A program made the position numbers and the translations under genes. Shown here in pieces: positions 9,890 through 19,891 of a stretch of 64,000 nucleotides of DNA; the stretch's first letter is position 1; each line of letters starts with the position of its first letter. Where the stretch lies: NCBI GenBank assembly GCA_041685205.1, contig JAWLGF010000002.1:16477-80476 (forward strand), in the 5' to 3' direction. The notes under the pieces were generated by a model that was given only the letters and a program-made list of their open reading frames with translations, had not been told where the DNA came from and searched no databases. Source of the DNA: Roseovarius sp. Its GTDB lineage: Bacteria > Pseudomonadota > Alphaproteobacteria > Rhodobacterales > Rhodobacteraceae.

Positions 9890-10903
9890 ATGACATCGCA
9901 AGACGCCCGCACCGCCCAATCGATCCCGGTCCTGATGGCGGAGAATTTCCGCGTCGTGCGGGGGGCCAATCTGGGCGACGCGCTGTCCTTTGCCGACGAA
10001 CTCGCGCTCGATGATGTCTACGAGATGCGCGCGCAGGCCCCCGAGGCACGGCTGGATCTCATCATCGAGAGTGCCGGGCCCTTTACCATCGGTCCCGCGT
10101 CCGAGCTTGGCCGGCCCGGGGCGCGCGTTCATCTCGATTCCGTGCTGAGGCTGATGACCGCAACCGGCGGGATCACCGAAATGCTGGTCCTTGTCGAGAT
10201 CGACGTGGACGGGAACGTGGCTCAGGTCTATGGCATGCCGCTGGCGAGGCTGGCGCCCTGCACCGGTTACGCCCTTGTCGGGATCGCGCGCGACGAGGCG
10301 CGGAACATATTCGCGCAGGCCGCTTGCGTGGCCTTCGCCGCCGGCACGCGGATCACCATGGCCTCGGGCATGCAGACCCCGGTCGAGGCGCTGCAGCCCG
10401 GCGACATGATTCTGACGCGCGATGACGGCCCGCGTCCGCTGCGCTGGATCGGACATCGCACCATGCGCGCCGTTGGAGATTTCGCGCCGGTGCGCATTGC
10501 CGCGGGCACGTTGAACAATGAAAACCCTCTGATGGTCAGTCCCGGCCACCGTCTGATGATCTACCAGCGGTCCGATGCCCTGGGGGCGGGCCGGCCCGAG
10601 GTTCTAGTGCGCGCCTGCCAACTGCTGAACGGCGGCTCGATCCGGCGCGAGCCGGGCGGTTTCGTCGATTACTGCCAGCTTCTGTTCGACACGCATCAGA
10701 TCATCTACGCCGAAGGTATCGCTGCCGAGACGCTGCGTTTGACTCCGCGCACGCGGGCCGCGTTGCCCCGCGAGATCGAAAGTAGGCTTACGGCATCCGG
10801 CACGGATCATGTGGCAGGCGCGTATCTGCAGTTCGAAGTGTCCGATCGGTTGCTTGCACGACCCGATGTAGCAGGGATGCTCAGACGCGCCGCGACAGGG
10901 TAG
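9890..10903 (+). CDS. Hint (Hint_2 / BIL-B type) domain protein
   Basis: FAAGTRI, VEALQPGD, LRWIG, VSPGHR and LLFDTHQIIYAEG blocks; start codon uncertain. Confidence 0.8.
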   Translation: MTSQDARTAQSIPVLMAENFRVVRGANLGDALSFADELALDDVYEMRAQAPEARLDLIIESAGPFTIGPASELGRPGARVHLDSVLRLMTATGGITEMLVLVEIDVDGNVAQVYGMPLARLAPCTGYALVGIARDEARNIFAQAACVAFAAGTRITMASGMQTPVEALQPGDMILTRDDGPRPLRWIGHRTMRAVGDFAPVRIAAGTLNNENPLMVSPGHRLMIYQRSDALGAGRPEVLVRACQLLNGGSIRREPGGFVDYCQLLFDTHQIIYAEGIAAETLRLTPRTRAALPREIESRLTASGTDHVAGAYLQFEVSDRLLARPDVAGMLRRAATG

Positions 10904-10910
10904 GGCGCGT

Positions 10911-12131
10911 CTAGTCCTCGTCCGACGTGCGCGTCGCGGTCAGTTCGAAGGCGATATCCACCGAATATTCGAGCGAGTCTTCATCTTTCACGTCCGCCCC
11001 GATCCTGAAATCGCGGCGGTCCACGATCAGCTCGCCGCTGGCCGTCGCGGTGTCGCCCTCGATGCTGAGGTCGAAGGGCATCTCGACCGGCACGGATTCG
11101 TCGCGGATCGACAAGGTGCCTTCGGCAATCTTGCCCTCGTCGCTCTCGACCAGATCGGCGGCAAAGCGCGCTGTCGGGTGGTTCTCGACATTGAAGAAAT
11201 CCGCGCCCATGGCCTGCGAGGTGACAGAGCCGAGCGACAGCGAATTGATCGCCACTTCGACCTCGACCGTGCCATGACGGCCGTCCGCGTCCGGCGTTTC
11301 GGAATAGGCGATATCGGCGGTCCATTCGTCGAAGCTGCCGGTGACTTCGGATCCCATCTGCACGATGGTGATCTGCAGGCTGCCCTCTTCGACCTGCCAG
11401 TCGCTTTCGACCTCGGCGAGGCTTGGCGCGGCCTTCTCGGGGGCGTCAAACATGCCCACGGCACTGGCCCCGCCGATGGTCGCGCCCCAGATCGCCAGCG
11501 CCACGACGAGCGGCAGGGCATGTCCGGGCTGGCGTGCCGTCGGCTGGGCCGCAACCCGCCCTGGCAGCATCCGGCGCAACGTGGCATCGCGGTCGATCAG
11601 GTGATGTTTCAGTGCGCCCGCAACATGCGCGCCGATTGCGCCCGTCATCACCCATTGCAGCAGGAAATGCAGCGTCGCGGCGGTTTCGGACACGGCCTCG
11701 GATTTCGGGACGAAGGGCAGGGTCTGCCCGAACGGCCACCATATGGGGGCAAAGCCGCTTGTCGCCGCGTGATGCACCCATCCCGACAGCGGCACCAGCA
11801 CCAGAGAGCCGTAAAGCAGCCAGTGCGCGGTCTGCGCGGCACGCGCCTCAAGCCCGCGGTCGCCGTTCAGAAGCCCCGGCTTGGGCTGGGACATGGCCCA
11901 GAGGATGCGCGCGAGCGCGGTGAAGAAGATCGCGACACCGGTCGTCTTGTGGATGGAGAAAAGCACGCTGGCCCGATCCACCATCGCCTCGCTGGCGCCG
12001 CCTTCGATCTCGTGGGCCATGTTCGCGGCAATCCAGCCGAGCGCGATGTTGGACAGGATCAGCAGCGCGATCAGCCAGTGAAATGTCTTGGTCACGCTGC
12101 CATAGCTGATGTCGGAGTTGGTAAGCGGCAT
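10911..12131 (-). CDS. Cytochrome b561 - YceI fusion protein
   Basis: FHW, HKTTG, AHWLLY and H..H heme-ligand TM domain plus C-terminal YceI beta-barrel (DFFNV..HPTA.F, DRRDF.IG). Confidence 0.88.
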   Translation of the reverse strand: MPLTNSDISYGSVTKTFHWLIALLILSNIALGWIAANMAHEIEGGASEAMVDRASVLFSIHKTTGVAIFFTALARILWAMSQPKPGLLNGDRGLEARAAQTAHWLLYGSLVLVPLSGWVHHAATSGFAPIWWPFGQTLPFVPKSEAVSETAATLHFLLQWVMTGAIGAHVAGALKHHLIDRDATLRRMLPGRVAAQPTARQPGHALPLVVALAIWGATIGGASAVGMFDAPEKAAPSLAEVESDWQVEEGSLQITIVQMGSEVTGSFDEWTADIAYSETPDADGRHGTVEVEVAINSLSLGSVTSQAMGADFFNVENHPTARFAADLVESDEGKIAEGTLSIRDESVPVEMPFDLSIEGDTATASGELIVDRRDFRIGADVKDEDSLEYSVDIAFELTATRTSDED

Positions 12132-12295
12132 TTCGGCGATCCTCTCGCAGACATCCATAAGGTAGTGACCCGACGGCTACAGGCAATCGCCATGTGCGCA
12201 AGCGCTGCGAGTCGAGGCATGTGGCCGGGTTTTGCGTTGCCACGCGTCACACGGCGATGTACCCGGGATCAAGAGTTTGCGAGGGAGTGACACAG

Positions 12296-13240
12296 ATGAG
12301 CCGAGCATTCGTTTTCCCAGGGCAGGGCGCGCAGGTCATCGGCATGGGGGCCGATCTGGCAAGGGCCCATCCTGCGGCAAAGGCGGTTTTCGACGAGGTC
12401 GACGACGCATTGGGCGAAGATCTGTCCACCCTGATCTGGGAGGGCGCGCAGGACGACCTTACGCTGACCGCCAATGCGCAGCCTGCGCTGATGGCCACCT
12501 CGCTGGCCGCGATGCGGGCGCTTGCAGCCGAAGGCGTGGATGTCGGGCAGGCGGCCTTTGTCGCCGGCCATTCGCTGGGTGAGTATTCCGCGCTGGCCGC
12601 AGCCGGTGGGCTGAGTGTAGGTGACACCGCGCGGCTGCTGCGCATCCGGGGGCGCGCGATGCAGGACGCGGTGCCGGTCGGTGTCGGGGCGATGGCAGCC
12701 CTTCTGGGGCTTGATTTCGAGACCGCGCGCGGCGTGGCCGAAGAGGCCGCACAGGGCGAGATCTGCCAGGCCGCCAATGACAACGATCCCGCGCAGGTCG
12801 TGGTGTCGGGCCACAAGGCGGCGGTCGAGCGCGCGGTGGAGTTGGCCAAGGCCAAGGGGGCCAAGCGCGCCTTGATCCTGCCGGTGAGCGCGCCGTTTCA
12901 TTGCGACCTGATGGCCCCGGCGGCCGAGGCGATGGCGGCGGCGCTGGAGGATGTGACGATCACCCGCCCGCAGGTCCCGCTGGTGTCGAATGTGCGCGCC
13001 GAGCCGGTCACCGAGCCGGGCGAGATCCGGCAATTGCTGATCGCGCAGGTGACCGCCCCGGTGCGCTGGCGCGAAAGCGTGCAGGCGATGGCCGCAGCCG
13101 GCGTCACCGAGATCTGGGAAATTGGCGCGGGCAAGGCGCTTTCGGGGATGATTCGGCGGATCGACCGCAGCATTACCTGCCGGACCGTGGGCACCCCCGA
13201 TGAAGTGACCGCAGCCGCAGAGGCCCTTTCGGCGGGCTGA
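12296..13240 (+). CDS. fabD: Malonyl-CoA-ACP transacylase
   Basis: FPGQGAQ, GHSLGEY and SAPFH motifs. Confidence 0.96.
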   Translation: MSRAFVFPGQGAQVIGMGADLARAHPAAKAVFDEVDDALGEDLSTLIWEGAQDDLTLTANAQPALMATSLAAMRALAAEGVDVGQAAFVAGHSLGEYSALAAAGGLSVGDTARLLRIRGRAMQDAVPVGVGAMAALLGLDFETARGVAEEAAQGEICQAANDNDPAQVVVSGHKAAVERAVELAKAKGAKRALILPVSAPFHCDLMAPAAEAMAAALEDVTITRPQVPLVSNVRAEPVTEPGEIRQLLIAQVTAPVRWRESVQAMAAAGVTEIWEIGAGKALSGMIRRIDRSITCRTVGTPDEVTAAAEALSAG

Positions 13241-13271
13241 GCCGCGACGTCAGCGAGGAAGGAGACAAGAA

Positions 13272-14009
13272 ATGTTCGATTTGACCGGAAAATGCGCGCT
13301 GGTCACGGGCGCGTCGGGCGGCATCGGCGCGGCCATCGCGCGCATGTTGCATGATGCTGGGGCGGTCGTTGGCCTCTCGGGCACCCGGGTGGAGCCGCTG
13401 GAGGCGCTGGCCGCCGAACTTGGCAGCCGCGCGCATGTCCTGCCCTGCGATCTGGGCGACAAGGCCGAGGTCGAGGCGCTGCCGAAAGAGGCCGCCACGG
13501 CCATGGGCGGGCTCGACATCCTTGTGAACAACGCGGGGATCACCCGCGACCAGCTGTTCATGCGGATGTCGGACGAGGATTGGGATCAGGTTCTGGACGT
13601 CAACCTGACAGCCGCGATGCGGCTGTGCCGCGGCGTGGTGCGCCCGATGATGAAGGGCCGTTGGGGGCGCATCGTCAACATAGGCTCGGTCGTGGGCATG
13701 ACGGGCAACGCGGGTCAGGTCAATTACGCCGCCGCCAAGGCCGGTTTGACTGGCATGACCAAATCCATCGCGCAAGAGGTCGCGACGCGCGGCATCACCG
13801 CCAACATGGTCGCGCCGGGGTTCATCGGCACCCCGATGACCGAAAAGCTGACCGAGGATCAGAAATCCGCCATAAGCGCGCAGATCCCCGTCGCCCGCAT
13901 GGGCACCCCCAAAGAGATTGCCGCGGCGGTACTGTTTCTGGCCAGCCCCGAGGCGGGCTACGTCACCGGCGCGACGCTGCATGTCAACGGCGGCATGGCG
14001 ATGCAATGA
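13272..14009 (+). CDS. fabG: 3-oxoacyl-ACP reductase
   Basis: TGASGGIG, NNAGITRD and YAAAK motifs; lies between fabD and acpP. Confidence 0.96.
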   Translation: MFDLTGKCALVTGASGGIGAAIARMLHDAGAVVGLSGTRVEPLEALAAELGSRAHVLPCDLGDKAEVEALPKEAATAMGGLDILVNNAGITRDQLFMRMSDEDWDQVLDVNLTAAMRLCRGVVRPMMKGRWGRIVNIGSVVGMTGNAGQVNYAAAKAGLTGMTKSIAQEVATRGITANMVAPGFIGTPMTEKLTEDQKSAISAQIPVARMGTPKEIAAAVLFLASPEAGYVTGATLHVNGGMAMQ

Positions 14010-14055
14010 CTTGACGTGCTGTCTTTCCGCGTGGGACGGGTCGTGGTGAATCCGT

Positions 14056-14083
14056 TTGCCATCGTCAAACCATGTGCTATAGG
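14056..14083 (+). promoter_or_regulatory. Putative sigma70 promoter of acpP
   Basis: TTGCCA-N16-TATAGG. Confidence 0.45.
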
Positions 14084-14239
14084 CCACGCAGATTTGCCGG
14101 AGGGACACGCGGTTTCTCCAGTGGCCCGTGCTGGCAGGCAGTCGAGAGCCGCCCGAACGGGCATGATAGCGCCGCTTCCCGCGTCGGGCGGAGGCAAAGA
14201 GCGGGCCGCAGCGCCCAACACAATATGAGGTAACAAGAC

Positions 14240-14473
14240 ATGAGCGATATCGCAGACCGCGTGAAGAAAATCGTTGTGGAACATCTCGGCGTCGAAGAGG
14301 ACAAGGTCGTCGACAAGGCGTCGTTCATCGACGACCTGGGCGCCGACAGCCTTGACACGGTCGAGCTGGTCATGGCGTTCGAAGAGGAATTCGGCATCGA
14401 GATCCCCGATGACGCCGCGGACACCATCCAGACCGTGGGCGACGCGGTGAAGTTCATCTCCGAAGCGTCCTGA
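14240..14473 (+). CDS. acpP: Acyl carrier protein
   Basis: [14 protein letters not shown] motif. Confidence 0.98.
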   Translation: MSDIADRVKKIVVEHLGVEEDKVVDKASFIDDLGADSLDTVELVMAFEEEFGIEIPDDAADTIQTVGDAVKFISEAS

Positions 14474-14495
14474 GACGTCGCATCTCTGTTTTTCC

Positions 14496-14526
14496 AGGGC
14501 CCTGCCGATCCGGCGGGGCCTTTCTC
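14496..14526 (+). terminator. Intrinsic terminator after acpP
   Basis: GGCCCTGCCG/CGGCGGGGCC hairpin followed by TTTCTC. Confidence 0.7.
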
Positions 14527-14731
14527 GTTCGGCATGCGCCCTCGGGGTGGGGCTGCGTTTTGCAAGGCCGCCCGCGATGTGCACAGAGGAAGGCGGCGCG
14601 GCCGACCGCGCAACATTGCGCGATCACTTGGCCGGAATGATCGTGAACGCGAAAATCTTCTTGCAAACTCCCCCCGGAGCCGCAAACGTGCTGAGGCATT
14701 GACACGAGCTTGATTTGTGAACGGCACTTGC

Positions 14732-15139
14732 ATGTCAAGTGAAACCGGATCTGGGCACGCACCGCCCGCGTGGTTCACCGCGCCTGGCGAGACAGACTAT
14801 GTCGCATGGTTTGTCGTCGTGCTGATCATCCTCGCGCTTTTCGGCGTCATCACCCTTCATGCGGCCTTCGATCGCTGGGCAGAGCACAAATCAAGCGGGA
14901 CACCGCTGGCGAGAACCATTTCAACCCTGCTTGTCATCGCGCTGTTGTATGAAATCTTTCCTCTGGACCATTTCAGCGTTCTGCTGCCGATCAGCGCCGT
15001 CCTGCTTGCGCTTGTCGCGGACTGGTCTCGGTTTCACCTGACGGGGGCCCATCGGGCCGCCGCGCAGGCCGCTCCGGCGGACCCGCCCGCGACCGGTGAG
15101 GATCCGCCAGCCGCCAGCAAGAGAGCCGAGAATGCTTGA
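14732..15139 (+). CDS. Small membrane protein (DUF3302/YiaW-like partner of HlyD)
   Basis: Two or three TM segments; overlaps the start of the downstream HlyD gene by 8 bp. Confidence 0.6.
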   Translation: MSSETGSGHAPPAWFTAPGETDYVAWFVVVLIILALFGVITLHAAFDRWAEHKSSGTPLARTISTLLVIALLYEIFPLDHFSVLLPISAVLLALVADWSRFHLTGAHRAAAQAAPADPPATGEDPPAASKRAENA

Positions 15140-16325
15140 GCTTCTGCTGACCTCCTTTCCGGCGGTCTTGCGCTATTTCCAGCTCAAGCGGCGGGCCGAG
15201 GCGATCACCGTGTGGAACATGCGGACGGCGGTTTTCGCCTGGGCTGTCCTTGCCTTCCTGCTATTCCTGGTGATCTTCTACTTCCATCCCAATTCCTATT
15301 CCGGCCTGCTTCCGTTCCGGACCATCTCGGTCGTGGCGCAGACCGGTGGCCCGGTGACGGAGATCGCGGTCGCCAACAACCAGCGCGTCGCCGCGGGCGA
15401 TCTGCTGTTCCGCATCGAGGACAGTTCCCAACGGGCCGGGGTTAGACAGGCCGAAGCGGAGTTCGACAGGATCGCCGCGGACGAGACGAGGGCGGAGGAC
15501 AACCTGAAAGTCGCCCAGGCGCGCGTGGACTCGACATCATCCTCGCTTGAAAAACTTCTGATCGACCGCGACAACGCGCAGCGGCTTCTGGACCGGAATG
15601 TCGGCACGATGGATTCCGTTTGCCAACTCGAAGCGTCGGTCGCGATGGCACAGGCAGAGCTCGACGCCGCCGAGGCGCAGGTGCACCTGGCGCGCTCCGA
15701 TCTTGAGGAAAGCATTCCCGCACAGCGCAAGGTTGCCGAAGCGGCCCTTGAAAGCGCCCGGGCCGATCTGGCCAAGACCGAGGTGCGCGCGTTTTCCGAT
15801 GGGTTCATCACGCAACTGGCGCTGAGCGTGGGCAGCCCGGCCTCCACGCTCATTCTCAGCCCGGCCATGGTCATCATCCCGGACCGGCTCGAAGACGTGC
15901 CCCTTCGATTCACGGCCGGCTTCAATCAGGTCGCGCGGTCGGCCCTTTATGTGGGCATTCCCGCCGAGCTTGCCTGCAACACGAACATCAACCTGTCGTT
16001 CCGCGATGCGATCCTGCCCGCCAGGATTTCCGGCATCCAGCCGGCGATCGCATCGGGTCAGGTCGTGCCCGGCGGCCGTTTGCTGGAGGCCGAAGACGGG
16101 GTGCGGCGGGGGTCGCTGCTGGTCTATCTGGAACTGATGTATCCGGAACATGAACGGGACATCATCGACGGCAGCGGATGCCTGGTTCAGACCTACACCG
16201 ATGATCTGGACGGTTTTTCCGGACATGTCATCGCCGCAACCGGGGTCGTCAAGGCAGCGGGTCTGAGGCTGAAGGCCTGGGGTGCGATGGTGTCCGGGGT
16301 TGGGCTTGGCGGGGGCGGTCACTGA
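15132..16325 (+). CDS. HlyD/membrane-fusion family protein
   Basis: N-terminal TM, lipoyl half-motif GPVTEIAVANNQRVAAGDLLFRI, coiled coil, second half-motif VRAFSDGFITQL. Confidence 0.85.
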   Translation: MLELLLTSFPAVLRYFQLKRRAEAITVWNMRTAVFAWAVLAFLLFLVIFYFHPNSYSGLLPFRTISVVAQTGGPVTEIAVANNQRVAAGDLLFRIEDSSQRAGVRQAEAEFDRIAADETRAEDNLKVAQARVDSTSSSLEKLLIDRDNAQRLLDRNVGTMDSVCQLEASVAMAQAELDAAEAQVHLARSDLEESIPAQRKVAEAALESARADLAKTEVRAFSDGFITQLALSVGSPASTLILSPAMVIIPDRLEDVPLRFTAGFNQVARSALYVGIPAELACNTNINLSFRDAILPARISGIQPAIASGQVVPGGRLLEAEDGVRRGSLLVYLELMYPEHERDIIDGSGCLVQTYTDDLDGFSGHVIAATGVVKAAGLRLKAWGAMVSGVGLGGGGH

Positions 16326-16542
16326 GCGGGCACGTGCGCACCGCGCAACCGGGCCAGGCGGCCGTGATCGTGCATGGGGCCATTCACGTTTGTCTCGGGA
16401 CGGGCCGGGCTGCGGGCAGGGCGCGGCGCAAATACATGGTATCGTGCCGCTTTGTGTGTAGTGTTTCGTGCTGCCGGCTGGCATGATGTATGGGTCCTGC
16501 CATATGCGGCAGGCCGCGTCATCCGGGCGATTGGGGCATGAC

Positions 16543-17286
16543 ATGATCATCTATCCGACATTGGAACTGCTTGATGGCAGATGCGTGAGCCTGACCCGGG
16601 GGCGTCTTGACAGGCCGGTGGTCTGGCATGTCGATCCGGTCGAGACGGCGCGTGGCTTTGCCGCCGCCGGAGCCGAATGGATGCATCTGACGGACATGAA
16701 CCGCTTGCGCGGCGATGGCGACAATGACGACCTCGTGCACGAGATCATCCGCGCGGCGGGCATTCCGGTGCAGCTTGGCGGCGGCTTTCGGTCGCGCGAG
16801 GTGGTCACCCGCTGGATCGACCAAGGTGCGGGGCGGATCGTCGTGGGCACGATGGCGCTTCAGGATCCGGATGCGGTCAAGGAACTGGCGAAATACCATC
16901 CCGACCAGATCGTCGTGGCCGTGGACGTGTTCGAGGGTCAGCTGATGACCGCAGAGTGGCGCGAGCCGAGCGCGTTCGGGGCCGATGACTTCATCCGTGC
17001 CTTCGACGGCGTGCCGCTGGCCGGCATCATCGTCACCGATATCGATGCCGATATCGAGCAAAGCGATGGCAGCCTCGGGGTGATCTCGGGTCTGGCCGCG
17101 CAGACCCGCCACCCGGTTATCGCGCGCGGCACGGTGCGCGGCATCGACGACGTGGCGCGGCTGCGTTTCATCCCCAATATCGCCGGCACGCTGATTGGGC
17201 GGGCGCTGCTGGCCCGCGATGTGGACCTGTCCGAGGCGCTTCAGGTGGCGCATTCGCCCGCGGGCAAGACCGCCGAATTCCAGTGA
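16543..17286 (+). CDS. HisA/HisF-related TIM-barrel protein (divergent HisA paralogue)
   Basis: IYPTLEL.DGRCV, VQLGGGFRS, VVGT, VAVD, TDI and IGRAL motifs. Confidence 0.8.
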   Translation: MIIYPTLELLDGRCVSLTRGRLDRPVVWHVDPVETARGFAAAGAEWMHLTDMNRLRGDGDNDDLVHEIIRAAGIPVQLGGGFRSREVVTRWIDQGAGRIVVGTMALQDPDAVKELAKYHPDQIVVAVDVFEGQLMTAEWREPSAFGADDFIRAFDGVPLAGIIVTDIDADIEQSDGSLGVISGLAAQTRHPVIARGTVRGIDDVARLRFIPNIAGTLIGRALLARDVDLSEALQVAHSPAGKTAEFQ

Positions 17287-17429
17287 GGCGCAACCGACGG
17301 GCTGATCCGCAACCCCGCCGCTTAGGACAGCACGGCATCTGCTTGCCAATGTCGATCGCGCCGCCCTTGCCCCCTGAGGTCAAGCCGCGCTAGACAGGCT
17401 CGGAACAACAGGATTGAAAGGGCACCACG

Positions 17430-18689
17430 ATGCGGCGTGTCGTTGTCACCGGGCTGGGTCTCGTGACCCCGTTGGCCGATGGGGTCGAGAAAAGCTGGAG
17501 CCGCCTTCTGGACGGGCAGTCCGGGGCGGGCACGATCACCCGGTTCGATCCGGCCAATGTCGTGACGAAATATGCCTGCGAGGTGCCTTACGGGGACGGC
17601 AGCGACGGCACGTTCAATCCCGACCGCTACATGGAGCCGAAGGAACGCCGCAAGGTGGATCATTTCATCCTCTACGGTCTGGCCGCGGCACAGCAGGCGG
17701 TCGAGGATGCAGGCTGGATGCCCGACGCGGCCGAGGACCTGGAACGCACCGGCGTGATGATGGGGTCCGGCATCGGCGGTCTGCGCTCGATCGAGGAGAC
17801 GACCAACATCATCCGCGACAAGGGTGTGCGGCGGGTTTCGCCGTTTTTCATCCCCGGCGCGCTGATCAACCTGATCTCGGGGCAGGTCAGTATCCGCTAC
17901 GGGTTCAAGGGACCCAATCATTCGGTTGTCACAGCGTGTGCCACGGGTGCCCACGCCATCGGCGATGCCGCCCGGCTGATCATGTTCGGCGATGCGGATG
18001 TGATGGTCGCGGGCGGCGCCGAGGCGTCGATCTGCGAGATCGGGATCGCGGGCTTCAACGCCTGCAAGGCGCTTTCGACCAAGCACGCGGACAATCCCGC
18101 GGCCGCCAGTCGCCCTTACGACGTGGATCGCGACGGGTTCGTGATGGGCGAGGGCGCAGGTGTCGTCGTGCTGGAGGACTACGAGCATGCCCGCGCGCGC
18201 GGTGCCAAGATCTACGCCGAAATCCTCGGCTACGGCATGTCGGGCGATGCCTATCACATCACAGCGCCCGCCGAAGACGGCAACGGCGGGCTGCGGGCCA
18301 TGAAGGCCGCGCTGAGAAATGCCGGGTTGCGCCCCGACCAGATTGATTACATCAATGCGCATGGCACCTCGACCATGGCCGACACGATCGAGCTGAAGGC
18401 GGTCGAGACACTTCTGGGCGATGCGGCGGCGCGGGCCACGATGAGTTCCACGAAATCGGCTGTCGGCCACCTGCTGGGGGCGGCCGGGGCGGTCGAGGCG
18501 ATCTTCTCGATCCTCGCGGTGCGCGATCAGGTCGCCCCGCCGACGCTGAACCTTGACCGCCCCTCGGTCGAGACGCCGCTCGATCTCGCGGCCAACGCCG
18601 CGTCGGAGCGGCGGATCGATGTGGCGCTGTCAAACAGTTTCGGCTTTGGCGGGACAAATGCGGCCCTTCTGGTTGGGACACCGCGCTGA
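17430..18689 (+). CDS. fabF: Beta-ketoacyl-ACP synthase II
   Basis: TACATG, NAHGTST, KSAVGHLLGAAG and SNSFGFGG motifs. Confidence 0.97.
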   Translation: MRRVVVTGLGLVTPLADGVEKSWSRLLDGQSGAGTITRFDPANVVTKYACEVPYGDGSDGTFNPDRYMEPKERRKVDHFILYGLAAAQQAVEDAGWMPDAAEDLERTGVMMGSGIGGLRSIEETTNIIRDKGVRRVSPFFIPGALINLISGQVSIRYGFKGPNHSVVTACATGAHAIGDAARLIMFGDADVMVAGGAEASICEIGIAGFNACKALSTKHADNPAAASRPYDVDRDGFVMGEGAGVVVLEDYEHARARGAKIYAEILGYGMSGDAYHITAPAEDGNGGLRAMKAALRNAGLRPDQIDYINAHGTSTMADTIELKAVETLLGDAAARATMSSTKSAVGHLLGAAGAVEAIFSILAVRDQVAPPTLNLDRPSVETPLDLAANAASERRIDVALSNSFGFGGTNAALLVGTPR

Positions 18690-19849
18690 TGTGGCGGCAT
18701 ATCGCCTCGAATGTCCTGACGCTGCTGGTGGTGATCGTCTTTCTGCTCGGCGCGGTCATCCTGTGGGGTCAGTCGCAATATACCGCGCAGGGCCCGCATG
18801 ACCGATCGGTGTGCCTGCGGGTGGATCCCGGCAGTACCTTGAGACCGGTCTCGACACGGTTGCAAGAAGAAGGCGCCGTGACCAATTCCGCAATCTTCCG
18901 CATCGGGATGGATTACGCCGGCAAGGATAATGATCTCAAGGCCGGCGCGTGGCTCATCCCCGAAGGCGCGAGCATGGAAGAGATCGCGGATATCATAACC
19001 CGTGGAGGATCGAGCACCTGCGGCACGGAGGTGATCTGGCGTATCGGTGTCAATTCCGCCAGGGTGGTGGTGCGCGAGCTGGAGACCGGAGCGGGGCGCT
19101 ACGAGGAACGCGCGTCCTTCGACCCGATGGATGAGGAGGCCAGCGTGCCCGAGACCTACCAGTCTGCGCGCGACCGCGCCGACACACGGTACCGGATCTC
19201 TTTTGCCGAGGGCGTCACCAGCTGGCGGGTTGTCGAAGGATTGCGCGCGGTCGACATCCTCGAGGGCGAGGTGGACGAGGTGCCCGATGAGGGTGCGCTC
19301 GCGCCCAACAGTTATGAAGTGAGCTCGGGCGACAGCCGCGCGGCCCTGATCGCGCGGATGGCCGAAGCCCAGGAGACGATCCTCGCCGCAGCGTGGGAGG
19401 CGCGCGTCGAGGGCTTGCCGTTCAATGATCCGCAAGAAGCGTTGATCCTCGCCTCGATCATCGAGAAGGAAACCGGGGTTTCGGACGAGCGGCGCGCGGT
19501 CGCCAGCGTGTTCGTAAACCGCCTGGCGCGGGGCATGCGTTTGCAGACCGACCCGACGGTGATCTACGGAATCACCGAGGGGCGCGGCAGTCTGGGGCGC
19601 GGAATTCGCCAAAGCGAGCTCAATCGCGCGACACCTTGGAATACCTACGCGATCGACGGTCTGCCCCCCACGCCGATTGCGAACCCAAGCCGCGCGAGCA
19701 TCGAGGCTGCGGTCGATCCGGCCGATACCGATTATGTGTATTTCGTGGCGGACGGCTCGGGTGGGCATGCCTTTGCAGAGACGCTTGCCGAGCATAATCG
19801 CAACGTCGCGCGCTGGCGCGAGATCGAAGCGGAAGCTTCGGGTAACTGA
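18689..19849 (+). CDS. mltG: Endolytic transglycosylase MltG
   Basis: LASIIEKET, RLQTDPTVIY, NTY..DGLPPTPIANP and YFVADG motifs; coupled to fabF. Confidence 0.95.
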   Translation: MWRHIASNVLTLLVVIVFLLGAVILWGQSQYTAQGPHDRSVCLRVDPGSTLRPVSTRLQEEGAVTNSAIFRIGMDYAGKDNDLKAGAWLIPEGASMEEIADIITRGGSSTCGTEVIWRIGVNSARVVVRELETGAGRYEERASFDPMDEEASVPETYQSARDRADTRYRISFAEGVTSWRVVEGLRAVDILEGEVDEVPDEGALAPNSYEVSSGDSRAALIARMAEAQETILAAAWEARVEGLPFNDPQEALILASIIEKETGVSDERRAVASVFVNRLARGMRLQTDPTVIYGITEGRGSLGRGIRQSELNRATPWNTYAIDGLPPTPIANPSRASIEAAVDPADTDYVYFVADGSGGHAFAETLAEHNRNVARWREIEAEASGN

Positions 19850-19863
19850 CCGGGGTGTCTTTC

Positions 19864-19885
19864 GAGTATGTTCGGAAAGATGAAG
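19864..19885. repeat. Copy 1 of dispersed intergenic 22-mer GRGTATKT-N5-AAGAWGAA
   Basis: gagtatgttcggaaagatgaag; aligns without gaps to 55877-55898 and 57751-57772. Confidence 0.6.
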
Positions 19886-19891
19886 CCCGGA

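Noticed and set aside
14700..14713. TGA-N8-TGA CenR-like box upstream of the HlyD module
   Set aside because: Only six informative bases; expected often by chance
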